Counted from the stretch's first letter, positions 1-11,870 are shown. The stretch is 64,000 nt of DNA from Octopus sinensis (GCF_006345805.1 NC_043009.1:27218001-27282000); one strand, 5' to 3'. The notes: a model not told the origin generated them from the letters alone. Made by a program: numbers and translations.

Positions 1-659
1 GGTTTCCTCGTTAGTTTGTGTAGAATGTCGAGGTGTTAAGTTGAGTTTGTTTAACACTGCTGTTAGGTTTGAATTTATGCTTTTCAATTCTTTCAGTATC
101 TCTTCATTTATTGAGGAGATGTCATTGGTGTCTTTTTTAGCAGGCATTTTTGGGAGCTCGTACGTGATATGATATTTATAATAGGATTAGCTCGTATACG
201 AGTAGGTATATATTTGTAAAAAATGAAGTTCGAAAATGCTGCTATATTATACAATTTTTAATTTTTATATATACATTATAACATGTTTCAGTTCCTGAAA
301 TGAACCTTATCAAAAAAAGTTATATATAAAAAAAGACAGCTCATGCCGTCAAACACAAGAAATTCATTTATAATACACAACGGAGTCAGACATCTTAGAG
401 TTCATGTATAGTTGATATATAGTTTGAAGTAAGTTCATTCATGCTATATGTTCAAAGTGTTCGATGCAGTGGCCCACGGTGGCGATACGTATTCAATACA
501 AAAAACAGATCAAAGTGGTGGAAAGCAGTCAATACAGAAGATTGATGTTTCCGAAAGAGCGAGGAATTCATTTTTACCTTAAACAATTGTGATGACCTAT
601 GGTGGGTGTTAGCTGGGTGGTTCTAGTGAGTTTTGTGAAGTGCTCGGTTTTATAATGCC

Positions 660-925
660 TGTTAGGTGGTCAATCTAGCGTAGCGTGACGTCATACACGT
701 TTTGACCAATCGTTTCGTTAGGTGGCTTTAGTCAAGCAGAACGGGACGTCATCATCATTTTGACCAATCGCTGCATTATAACTGCCTCTTGTTTGTTTCC
801 TGTTTTGACCAGTCGCTTCGTTAGTCAAGCAGAACGGGATGTCATCCAGATTCTGCCCAATCACGACTTATAGCTACATTAGATCTGCCCCCTGTCTGTA
901 CTTGTTAGGTGACTAGTCAAGCATA
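660..925. repeat. Short tandem module (about 60-bp units) carrying GACGTCA and TTTTGACCAATCG motifs
   Basis: GTTAGGTGG, TAGTCAAGCAGAACGGGA(C/T)GTCATC and TTTTGACCA(A/G)TCG each recur 2-3 times. Confidence 0.6.
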
Positions 926-970
926 CATATATATATATATATATATATAGCCACTACACACATTTATATA

Positions 971-1014
<44 letters not shown>

Positions 1015-1015
<1 letters not shown>

Positions 1016-1180
1016 CCACTACACACATTTTCTTTTCTCCTTGTTTTTCCTGTGTCCCTTTCTGTAGAAGAGCGTAGGCTCGAAACGTAAAAGACTTTTT
1101 CTATTCTTGAGCGTTATACTAATACATCTGTTTGTTTTGTACACCACCTGTCTTCGTCTTTTGTTTTTTTCGTAAACTCT

Positions 1181-1185
<5 letters not shown>
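1015..1185 (+). mobile_element. Non-autonomous repeat 3' end with hammerhead-like motif (Penelope-associated type)
   Basis: Homologous copy at about 51345-51480 (GAAGAGCGTAGGCTCGAAA..AAAAGACTTT..GAGCGTTA.ACTAATA); flanked by (TA)n. Confidence 0.6.
1058..1093 (+). ncRNA. Atypical minimal hammerhead-like motif
   Basis: CTTT-CTGTAGAA-GAGC(GTAG)GCTC-GAA-ACGT-A-AAAG: helix I, helix II, palindromic helix III, GUA triplet; core deviates from CUGANGA. Confidence 0.4.
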
Positions 1186-1226
<41 letters not shown>

Positions 1227-1274
1227 TAGTTCACATTTTTCTCTTCAGGGAACTAAGCATTTCATATTTTGCAG

Positions 1275-1381
1275 GTGATGCAGCTGAAATTGACGTCGAT
1301 GGAGCCTATCAGTTGCGTGAGATAAACATGCAGCTTCTCAGCAAAGCAAAACGACACTCGACAATTTTTTTTATTCAATGA
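1275..1381 (+). CDS. Possible terminal coding exon of an upstream gene (GDAAEIDVDGAYQLREINMQLLSKAKRHSTIFFIQ*)
   Basis: Acceptor TTTTGCAG at 1273-74, open frame to TGA 1379-81, AATAAA about 50 nt downstream; no family recognised. Confidence 0.3.
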
Positions 1382-1654
1382 CATTGTATATAATGTTTTT
1401 ATTCGTGTATTCGCATATTTATGTGTCTTAATAAATACACATGTTTAATCAATCGGCGAATTAGTCCCCTCGGTTAATAAATCCCTCGTTTAATAAATCC
1501 AAAATAGGCGGCCTCAAGATTCTTTTGTTGTCTTATCATTTCTATCAATATACATACATACATACACACACAAACACACACACATATATATATAGGGGGA
1601 GAGTTTTATATATATGCATATATACAAACATACACACTCATATTTGTATATATT

Positions 1655-1830
1655 CGAGTGTATGAATTTGTGTTTGCCCTCTCAAATACTGGTATTGGTC
1701 TGTTTACTTCTTCGTAACTGAAGGGGTTGTCAAAATACCTGATTAAATATAAACCAGATATAAAAATAAGTACTGGGGTCCATTTGTTCGACTAACCCTT
1801 TTAAAACAGTGCCCCAACAAAATAAAATGA
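1655..1830 (+). mobile_element. tRNA-derived SINE family 2, 3' fragment
   Basis: Matches 3' half of copies at 7957-8400 and 16545-16915. Confidence 0.7.
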
Positions 1831-2780
1831 TAAAGAACAAAAAATAATAAAAGAGAGATATTTGGAAAGAGGCGGGAAAAAAGGAAGAGATAAATTCACC
1901 AGTAGCCGGAGGTGCTGAGCTGTAAAGTAGAAATAGATTTGACTTGCGATGCAAAAGGACAATGTGTAGCGACCAATAATATTAAGAATGGAATACTGGG
2001 AAACATCAACTGCGGGCCTTGCAACCAGTGAAATGTAATCAATTGGTCACATGATTTCCGGACGTCTAGCGTATGCTGCGATCAAGTCTGTTGCTGTGTT
2101 AGCTGAGTAGAATGTCGATATTTCTACGCGGAAACGGATAAAAAGCGATAAGCGTACATCACATTTGTTACACGTAAACGTATAACAAGTATCATACATA
2201 ACAATCATCGAACCGTAATGAATGGGAACGTTACCGGGAGGATGTTGACATCTAACTAAAGCATAACCCTGAATGAAGCGGAGATACTGCCGTTGTCAAA
2301 GTATAGTGAAATTGAAGCTAGCAAGATGTGCGACATAAAACTGAAATTGAAATTAATGCTATTATTAATTAGTACTAATAATTAATAGTAGATTCACTAT
2401 AATAACAAAAATATCTATTGAACAATGACATATCCTGCAATGTTACGCACAGCTGGAAAGTTGTTTCTATTTAGAACGAGAGAATCTTACAAAATCAATA
2501 TTCCGCGATCTAACAGTAGCAAATCAGATAATTTGCATGTTAAACAGTTGTCGCTCATCGATATGCTAAACTCCACTGTCCCACCCAGGGACGATGTGCT
2601 CAACATATAACAGTTGTCGCTCATCGATATACTACACTCCGCACAGCACAATCTACATAGCAAATATAAAACACACAGCGAAAACAAAACACACAGACAC
2701 ACCCAACAAAGGAATTACTAACTCACATTACACATACTTTTCAGCACATAAGAAATACTAAACAAACACTAGAACAAATT

Positions 2781-2832
<52 letters not shown>

Positions 2833-2864
2833 ATCTCACCTTCACAGAGATACTGCTCTTTTTG

Positions 2865-3226
2865 AGGGAGGAGTGCAGGAGACTACATGGACCTCAGTAT
2901 GCAACTGGTACTTAATTTAATCGACCCTGAAAGGATGAAAGGCAAAGTCGACCTCGGCCGAAGTTGAACTCCGAACGGAAAGATAAACGAAATACCTATT
3001 TCTTTACTGCCCACAAGGGGCTAAACACAAAAGGGACAAACAAGGACAGACAAGCGGATTAAGACGATTATATCGACCTCAGTGCGTAACTGGTACTTAT
3101 TTAATCGACTCCGAAAGGATGAGAGGCAAAGTCGACCTCGGCGGAATTTGAACTCAGAACGTAGCGGCAGACGAAATACTGCTTAGCATTTCGCCCGGCG
3201 TGCTAACGTTACTAGCTTGCCGCCTT
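2865..3226 (-). mobile_element. tRNA-derived SINE family 1 (octopus OK/OR class, subfamily not assigned), tandem partial copies
   Basis: Reverse complement of GGCGGCGAGCTGGCAGAA..GAGTTCAAATTCCGCCGAGGTCGACTTTGCCTTTCATCC seen in more than 10 copies in the window. Confidence 0.85.
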
Positions 3227-4239
3227 ATGCTAGCAGAATATTACTGAAAACATAAATAATAACAATACACTGTTAATGATCTCATAACATCAAACGGTAT
3301 TAAATAATTTCCACGTTTTGTAAACCAGCAGAGTATAAATAAATAACTAGTGTACATAACACCGTCAAAGGAATACAGTATAGTGATCGTGGCATTGACA
3401 ATACGAACAATAATTTCATATATGTAGACTGTAAACATTTTTGTTTACACTTGCTTTCATTTAAGATAATTCTTCCAAACACCTAACATTCATTGTTGAG
3501 TATTTCTTCTCCTGTACACGCTTCCACTCACACTTTTAAGTAACTGTATGTTCGTGTTAGTGTACGCTCATGTATAGGTGTGTATGCAAATATATGTGAA
3601 AAGACAAACGTAACGTTAGACGTTAACGTGTTTACAAAGACACGTTGTCATTAAAGCCATTAATATTTGGTTTTTAAAAAGGAATTTCTACAGAAACAAA
3701 GCCATTATATTTACCGATTTGTTCTGTTCTACTTTGTAATAAACCATATGAATGTTTTCACCCGGTTCACGGAATAATGATTTCTTTTTTTATGGGGTAT
3801 TCTTCTTTCTCCCCTCCCGCTGTTTCTCCCACTTGCCTACTGGCAACAACCTCAACCTTTATTGAATCACAAAATGACTTAATTGTTTCGACTTCATATT
3901 AAACATGCAACATCGCACAAAATGTTTTACTCATCGCGGTTACTCACCTGGAATAAAAGTGCAAACTGTTGACTGGCGATTTTATCAGTTGATCGGTAAG
4001 TTTGTTGAAGCTGAAACCAGTTATACATGTTAAGTAGGTTAGTGTTAACAGCTGTAACTGAGAATGCATCAGACAGCTCAGTTGAAATCAGTATTCAGTG
4101 ATGCACGACAAAGTTAGTCAAAAACTCACAACCTTTGATAGATCAGAATTATAATATGCAGACTTAATTAATTATTTACTATTAACATTACAAAAGCAGC
4201 AGGCCGGATTCGTAAAAGAAACGAAACCGTGTCTCAGAC

Positions 4240-4382
4240 TCAGTTATTCTTTGTAAGCTTAGTCCGTATTCTATCGGTCTCTTTTGCCGAACAACTAAGT
4301 TACGGGGGGGGGGGTCATAAACACACTGGCATCGGTTATTAAACGATGGCAGGGGGACAAACACCAACACACATACTTAAAA

Positions 4383-4415
<33 letters not shown>

Positions 4416-4572
4416 CAACGGGCTTCTTTCAGTTACTGTCTACCAAATCCACTCACCAGGCTTTGGTCGACCTGAGGCTATAGTAGAAGACACTTGCCCA
4501 AAGTGCCACGCAGTGAGGCTGAACCTGGAACCACATGGTTGGGAAGCAAGCTTCTTACCACACAGCCACTCT
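4240..4572 (-). mobile_element. tRNA-derived SINE family 2
   Basis: Reverse complement of the 7957-8400 element, with internal (TG)n. Confidence 0.85.
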
Positions 4573-5219
4573 TAATCCTGTTTTTTACATCTTGTTCTAC
4601 GGCGTTCCATAATTGAAGTATAAACTCTCTTTCACCTTGGACCGCACAATACCGGTGATGAGATATAGCTGCCTTCGTACTTCTCTACGGTGTCCCATAA
4701 GTGATATCGCGGTCTTCGTACTTCTCTACTTTATAGTATATGTCTTACCACCTATATAGTAAATGAATGCAGAGGAAAATAACTACCCTCGCTCGCTTTA
4801 CTTTTTACCCAATGATTTTAATTATCACCTCTGTGTTTTTTTTCTTCTTGTGATTATATGAATCAGTAATTAAAGTATCAAAACGATAAAATTAGACAAA
4901 ATGACATCCTGTAGGTGAACCACAAATATCTGAAAATAATTGTCTTGAAATTATTTTCAAAACATCCCCACACCATTAAAATAAAGGACACGTTGGCTTA
5001 ATCAATCTTACATTCATTATTTTCTTTCCTTCTCTCTTTTTTTTTTTAATAAAAAGAAAAATGATGGTCAAGCTAAAAACTAAACCTACACCTCAGTAAC
5101 ACCGGAAAATTGACAAGAGAAAAATTTTGACTTCGGGATGACAAGGAAGTAATAAACTGTAGTATTGAATCAATAAACAGTAATACGCTACTGTATTTAG
5201 AAATTATTATTATTATTAT

Positions 5220-7414
5220 CTTTTTTTTTCTTCTTTCAAACTTGATTCCATTTCTTGCTGAGTGTCTTCCCGACTCCTAGGGCAAAGAAACTCAGTATAC
5301 ATTGGTAGGCCATTAAACTAAACTCACTAGTTCGTTAATCTTTTTTTAAAGTTAAATTAAAATACATGGGTAGTAATAGTTCTCACATCGACAATGCTCT
5401 TCTCAATACGTGTGATGTACCAGTTAAGACAATCTTTTGCACTTCTTGCAGGGATGGTAAGCCAGGGATCATTCTCATATAATTTTCGGTTCCCTTCTTG
5501 ATCATTCCTAGTGCTCCTACGATCACTGGTATTGTAACCGCCTTGAGATGCCACATTTTCTCAATTTCAATGAGTAGGTCTTTATATTTTCTGAGCTTGT
5601 CAAACTCTTTCGCCGAGATATTATGATCACAGGAGATGCTCATGCCGATCAATAAGCAAACTTTATTGTTTTGGCCTTTCAAAACAATATCTAGTTTATT
5701 GGCTTTGATGGTTCGGTCTGTATGTACTGGAAAGTCCCACAGAATCGTTACATTTTCTCCTTCAGTTACAGCTTCAGGTGGTGATTATACCACTTGTCGG
5801 CAGTTTTGATATTGTAATGCCGACTTATTAGCCAGTGTAGATATTGGCCAACTCTGTCATGTCTTAAATTATACTCCACTGGTGCTAAGACTTTACATCC
5901 AGAGATTAGGTGGTCCACTGTTTCAATCATGTCGTTGCAGAATCGGCATTTTGGGTCTGCTCCATTTTTCATCACATTGGCCTGGTAGTTCCGGGTTAAT
6001 AGGCTTTGATCTTGAGCAGCCAGGATGAAACCTTCGCTCTCTGCTTTTAGCCCTGAGCTCCGTAGCCACTGATGGGTTTGCTTCTGGTCAACTTGTTTGC
6101 TGCGGGCCACATATTTGCCGTGCAGAGGTTTCGCCTCCCACCTATCAGCCAATTGCTCGTGCGCTTTTTTCGTTGCCATTATTTTCACCTTCTTTGCAAC
6201 AATAGTTGCCGTACTTCCTTCGGGTTGTTCAGTTTGGGTATTCTGCACGAGATCAATAGCAAATTTGTTGCTTTCCTTTATGATAGAATGAAGCTTCTTT
6301 CGTCTCTCGTGATTTTCCACGAGCTTTAGCATCCAGTCATTTGTTATTTCGAGATATTTGGCCAGTCCAATTGTGGTTGTTTTGTAAACTAGTTCAAATT
6401 AGATCAGGCCTCGACCTCCTTGGGCTCTGGGAAGGTAAAGGCGATCTACGTCTGCCTTTGGGTGGTGCATCCTATTACAACTCAGCAGCTTGCGTATTTT
6501 CCTATCTATATTCTTTACTTCACTCATATTCCAGTTCAACACATTGTAGCTATAAGTAACAACTGGAACTGCTAAGGAATTTATAGCTAACACCTTGTTA
6601 CGTGCATTTAGTACAGATTTCAGGACTGCACGAACTCTCCTATAACGTTCCTTCCTGATCTTCTCTTTCATGCTTGCATGCTGAATACCAGAGCCTTCAT
6701 TTATCCCTAAATATTTGTATGTTTGTTCTTGCTCAAGCTCTCTTATGACTGTGTCAACATCTAACACGACTGAATTTGTGGTCTTCACTTTCCCTTTCTG
6801 GAAAGTGACCTTGGCACACTTCTCAAGCCCAAACTCCATCCCGATGTCATCGCTGAATGCTTTCACAGTGCGCAATAGGCCTTCAAGTTCATTATCGTCT
6901 TTACCATAGAGTTTTAAGTCATCCATATAAAATAGATGGCTTATTTTTTTTATTGGCAATTTTATACCCATACCCTGTTCTGTTTAATTCACTTGTAAGG
7001 GGTATTAGGGCTATGCAGAATATTAAAGGTGAAAGTGAGTCACCTTGAAAAATTCCACAGTTGATGTTTATATTTTCTGAGGCAAGTACTCCATTAGAGT
7101 GGTATAATTGAAGATTCGTATTCCACAACGACATATTGTGCTTCAGGAAGCTTGAAATCACAGGGGAAATTTTGAAGATGTCCAGCGATCTCAAGATCCA
7201 TGGATGCAGTATACTGTCAAAGGCCTTTTTATAGTCAATCCATGCGGAGCTGAGATTTCTGCGCTTGTTGTGACAGTTCTCAAGGATCATACGATTAATT
7301 AGCAGTTGATCTTTGCATCCGTATGAGCCTCGGCGGCACCCTTTTTGTTCAATGGGGAAAATATCGTTCTTCTCCATGAATGCATATGTTTTCTCCGCCA
7401 AGATAGATGTTAGG
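5220..7414 (-). mobile_element. 5'-truncated R4/Dong-clade non-LTR retrotransposon (RT, CCHC knuckle, REL endonuclease), frameshifted
   Basis: ORFs 6919-7497, 6399-6971, 5766-6332, 5383-5682 give QKGCRRGSYGCKDQL, GIFQGDSLSPL, YMDDLKLY, CRFC..ETVDHLISGC, IPVIVGALG; (TAA)n on both sides. Confidence 0.92.
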
Positions 7415-7421
7415 ATTATTA

Positions 7422-7461
<40 letters not shown>

Positions 7462-7497
7462 CATCATCATCATTATTATCATTATTATTATTATCAT
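7415..7497. repeat. (ATT)n/(ATC)n array between two Dong-type elements
   Basis: Direct sequence. Confidence 0.95.
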
Positions 7498-7850
7498 AGA
7501 CGTCGCACAGTATACAATATCTTGAGGTTGTTAATTGAAGATATTGTGCCTACCGGGGATTTGTACTGTTTGTCAAGTCAAAACAAGGACCTCAGACAGA
7601 CAGTACTTTACGCAATATGCGTGCAGTTCCAAGTAAAGCCGATTTTTGCAATATATCTAGAATCTAGGGTAGCTCTAAGGTTTTCAGATGTTTTTTTCAG
7701 ATTGGGTGTTATGGAACCCAATGCTTCGATGACACTAGGGATAAACTTTATGTTCAACTCTCTTAGCTGTCATATCTTAGCGATCTCAATTCTTAGGTCT
7801 CCATATTTATCAACGTTTTCTCTTTATTTCATGACGATATTTTGTTGGGG
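7498..7850 (-). mobile_element. 3' end of a second Dong/R4 subfamily
   Basis: Minus strand reads KYGDLRIEIAK..FIPSVIEALG..LQKSALLGTARILRKVLSV* then a 3' UTR ending in (TAA)n. Confidence 0.8.
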
Positions 7851-7932
7851 ATATAGCTAAGTGGTAGAGCTTTCGACTATCTTTCGACTATAGATCGAGA
7901 AGTCCTCGGTTAGAATCCGAGTGTCCCATCCA
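7847..7932 (+). pseudogene. tRNA-Cys-like pseudogene with ATA anticodon, 11-nt internal duplication and 3' CCA
   Basis: GGGGATA/TGTCCCA acceptor stem, D arm, TTCGA-CT ATA GA-TCGAG anticodon arm, CTCGG/CCGAG T arm; TTTCGACTATC duplicated. Confidence 0.75.
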
Positions 7933-7956
7933 CTTTCATACCACCAATTTTTTTTA

Positions 7957-8120
7957 TAGGCGTATGAGTAGCTATGTAATAAATAGCTTGCTTCCGAACC
8001 ACATGGTTCCGGGTTCAGTCCCACTGCGTGGCACCTTGGAGAAGTGCCTTCTACTATAGCCTCGGGCCGACCAAAGCCTTGTGAGTGGATTTGGTAGACG
8101 GAAACTGAAAGGAGCCCGTC

Positions 8121-8176
<56 letters not shown>

Positions 8177-8400
8177 GTGTATGTATATGTTTGTGTGTCA
8201 GTGCTTGTCCCCCCAACATCGCTTGACAACCGATGCTGGTGTGTTTACGTCCCCGTAACTTAGCGGTTCAGCAAAATAGACCGATAGAATAAGTACTAGG
8301 CTTACAAAGAATAAGTCCTGGGGTCGATTTTCTCGACTAAAGGCGGTGCTCCATCATGGCTACAGTCAAATGACTGAAACAAGTAAAAGAATAAAAAAGA
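7957..8400 (+). mobile_element. tRNA-derived SINE family 2, near full length
   Basis: GGTTCAGTCCCACTGCGTGGCACC head, internal (TA)n, 3' GACTGAAACAAGTAAAAGAATAAAA. Confidence 0.9.
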
Positions 8401-8409
8401 GTAAAGGGT

Positions 8410-8660
8410 AATACGTTGATCTCCTGGCACTGCTACGTCGATTATTAGGCACTTTTCTTTGTCCTTCCTAAAGGTTACTATATCCGGTCGTCGGTGCTCT
8501 AACACCTTGTCTGTCTGGAAATCGAAGTCCCAGAGAAATTTTGCTTTCCCCTTTTCGTCCATTAGCTTTTCCGGTGTATGTTGGTACCAAGCACCCGCAA
8601 CCTCATATCCTTATGTACGACATAGTAACCAGTGAACGTTTTGGGCTATTTTGTCATGTC
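8410..8660 (-). mobile_element. Dong/R4 REL endonuclease fragment
   Basis: ORF 8302-8562: KFLWDFDFQTDKVLEHRRPDIV..IIDVAVPGD. Confidence 0.85.
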
Positions 8661-8714
8661 TATACTTGTACTCTTTCTGTGTCTTTCGTGTCTATGCTTG
8701 TACTTATTCTGTGT

Positions 8715-8790
8715 GGTATTATTATTATTATTATTATTATTATTAGTAGTAGTAGTAGTAGTAGTATTGTTGTTGTTGTTGTTGTTGTTG

Positions 8791-8828
<38 letters not shown>

Positions 8829-8933
8829 GTTTATGGGTTTCTCTTCTTCATTCAAAGTTGCTTCCATTTCTTGCCGAGTGTCTTCCCGACTCCTAGGGCA
8901 AAGAAACTCATTGTATACATTGGGTTATTATTA

Positions 8934-9014
<81 letters not shown>

Positions 9015-9150
9015 GTATTAGTTTCACTAGCATCTTTCAATTATGTTTCTATTTCTTGCCGAGTTGCTTCCTAACACATAGGGCAGAGAAATGGACTCTA
9101 TACACTTGTAGGCCATTAAAATACACACACTAGATTGTTCATTCACAAAG
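8715..9150. repeat. Compound (ATT)n/(AGT)n/(TTG)n arrays interleaved with two Dong 3' UTR fragments
   Basis: 8840-8920 and 9040-9145 match 5235-5330. Confidence 0.8.
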
Positions 9151-9239
9151 TCATGTGATAAAGGAAAGAGAATGACAGAGAGAGAAATAAAAAAAATAGT
9201 AAACAAATAAAATAAAGTGGAGGGAAAAGGAAAGAATTC

Positions 9240-9632
9240 ACAGCGCCAATGCTCTTCTCCATACGTGTGACGTACCAGTTAAGACAATCTTTTGCACTTC
9301 CTGTATGGATGGTAATCAAGGGATCAATTTTAAATTAATCCAATTCCTTTTTTGATCATTCCAAGTGCTCCTACAATCTCTGGTATTGTAACCGTCTTGA
9401 GATGCCACATCTTTTCGATTTCGATTAACAAATCTTTATATTTTCTGAGCTTATCAAATTCTTTTGCCAAGATATTATGATCACAGTCTATGCTCATGTT
9501 AATCAATAAATAGACTTTATTGTTTTGGTCTTTCGCAACAATATCTGGTTTATTTGCTTTGATGGTCCGGTCTGTACATACTGGGAAGTCCCAAAAGATA
9601 GTTACATTTTCTCCCTCAGTTACAGCCTCTTA
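9240..9632 (-). mobile_element. Dong/R4 3' fragment, same family as 5220-7414
   Basis: Aligns with 5385-5770. Confidence 0.85.
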
Positions 9633-10390
9633 TATTGGAAAGGCTCATCACGAAAAAAAAAATATACAAAAAATAAATAAAAGGAATAGAATGGCCGAAG
9701 CTTGAATGCTTGAAGGCAAACAACCAACACAACACTAGACTTAGTGTGTTCACCCATAGACACATAATTTTGTAATGAAGGAGTTTGTATACTTGTTGTT
9801 ATGCGTATATGTGTAAGAGGTAGTTTGTTTTTTATCACTTCTCTCCAGACATTAGCTCTAATATAGGAATACAATCCTCACTAATACAATTGATAAACAA
9901 TTCCCATAACCACTTTGACCTAGTTACATCTTTTTTCTTTGTTACTTTCAAATCTTCTATCAAAACCATCAACCGTAACCATTACTTCTTCAGCTGTTTT
10001 GCTTTCATTCATGAAATCCCTGCATCGTATCATACACCATAACAATCAATTCACGTCTCCAAAATGAATGTCTGATCCTGCATCAGTTTAGAAATCAACA
10101 ACTTTATACTATTCCGTTTCACTGAACTGGATTTACCTGGTTAAGAGGGATTTGACTGAAATCTTCAGGAAGAAGGTGCCAAAATTTATATTATAGTCAA
10201 ACTTTGGAAACATACTCATTGAAGAAACGCTTTTAATCTTGCAAGAAATATAGATCTGTTTATTTGAAATGACTGACATTAAGGTGATAACTAACTTCTA
10301 AACATATATACTAATATTGTATACTCTGAGTAGACGGGAATAATTTAACACATTAAATCGGTGTATTCTATATCTGAAATATTTTTCAAG

Positions 10391-10483
10391 GTAAAAAGAA
10401 TTACAAATTTATAGAGGAATTTTAACGAAAATCTGTGTTTACCATGGCTGAAAGTGAAGAATATCAACTGAAATCAGAAAAAC
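10391..10483 (+). pseudogene. SLC22 copy A first coding exon (ATG 10444, MAESEEYQLKSEK)
   Basis: Homologous to 23969-24071 and 46442-46556; AG 10389-90, phase-1 GT at 10484. Confidence 0.8.
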
Positions 10484-10636
10484 GTAATTAATCCTGTTTT
10501 TTAAGCCTTGTTAAAGACGAATTAGTGAAATATTTAATTTACTTATTGAAAAATTATTGGTATCTTAAACTGGGAGGTGTTTAATCTATTTTGCTTTAAT
10601 AGTTTAATACTTGGTTTGTTTGTTATTTACTCTAGT

Positions 10637-10970
10637 GGAGATGCAATGGCCTAGTAGATAGGTCAGCGAACTCGCGGTCGTAAGTTCGCGGTTTCGATTC
10701 CCAGACCAGGCGTTGTGAGTTTTTATTGAGCGTAAACACTTAAAGTTCCACGAGGGTCCGGCAGGGTGGTGGTGGCGAACCCTGCTGTATTCTTTCTCGA
10801 CAACTTTCTCTTACTCTTTCTTCCTGTTTCTGTTCTAACTGTATTTCGAAGGGACAGCCTTGTTACACTCTGTGTCACTCTGACCCAAGAACTACGTTAA
10901 TTTCACAAGAAGGCTGTTCCGCTGATCGGATCAACTGGAACCCTCGTCGTTGTAACCGACGGAGTACCAC
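10637..10970 (+). mobile_element. tRNA-derived SINE family 3
   Basis: A/B-box head GGAGATGCAATGGCCTAG..GTTTCGATTCCCAGACC; copies at 31595, 53512, 60822. Confidence 0.85.
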
Positions 10971-11119
10971 GAATTTGATTGCCAACCACTTTGTTCCGGG
11001 TTTAGTCCCACTGCTTGGAAACTCGAGCAAGTGTTTTCTACTATAGTACTACTAATCAGAGTTACGTGAGTAGATTTGGATGACAAAAACTGAAAAAAGC
11101 TTGTCTTATATATATGTAT

Positions 11120-11330
11120 ACACGAGGGGTACTGAAAAGTTCCTGGCTTTGGGTCAATGAAAATACCGCAGGATCAGTTAATTATGATTTTATTCAACAT
11201 ATTTCTCTCTATGATCCATACACTTATTGCTGGAGCCCTTCACTTTTCTAAGCCCTGTAAAGGAACACGGAAGTCTAGGGCTCCAGCCAGGCCTTTTGTG
11301 ACCCTCATACGCTCTAAGGCTTCGACGTTA
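11120..11330 (-). mobile_element. Mariner-family terminal fragment
   Basis: CGAGGGGTACTGAAAAGTTCCTGGCTT end, shared with 19073-19330. Confidence 0.7.
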
Positions 11331-11379
11331 GTTGCAAAACCAATCCAGAGCTTGCTGAAAAGTGGCTAAAGCAGCGCTG

Positions 11380-11870
11380 ATGGAATCACTCGAGGAGTTG
11401 TCGGTGATGCCGAGATGACCCACGTCTCTGTACCATACGAGAATGTAGTCAGAAGATGGCCTAATATGAAGTGATCGTTATTTCTTTAATCAGATGGTTA
11501 TTGTTTAAGATTATTTTGTATAGTCTGCCTAGTACGAGATGGTGCACCCTTTGTAGGGAACTGGTTGAGTGTCAATACTTCAGTCAGCCCGATGATGATG
11601 TAAGGGGTGGTATTATTTTCGGAGTGCGGGTTGATGGACAACTTCTGCATTCTTTAGACTCACATTTCGACCAGAGTCCCAGACAAAGCAAAAGGTGATG
11701 CGTTGCGCGTCCATCTCTTTGCGAGCAACAATAGAGAACTTCTGTTTTCCTTAGACTGACTTCTAGATCAAAGTTCCGGACATTTTTGCAAAGCAAGGTG
11801 TGATGCGGTGCAGAGCCGTCTCTTTGTAGGCAACAATGGTAGTATCGTCTTCGAAAAGGAGCGGACTTTG
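11380..11870 (-). mobile_element. RTE-clade LINE RT fragment, decayed
   Basis: Minus strand LLFEDDTTIVAYKETALHRITPCF and LEVSLRKTEVL resemble the RTE FADD and downstream motifs. Confidence 0.7.

Noticed and set aside
2543-2642. CRISPR-like repeat-spacer pattern
   Set aside because: Only two units, eukaryotic context, no cas genes
10637-10710. Functional tRNA genes at SINE heads (also 31660, 53512, 60822)
   Set aside because: They continue into shared SINE bodies and lack a complete acceptor stem
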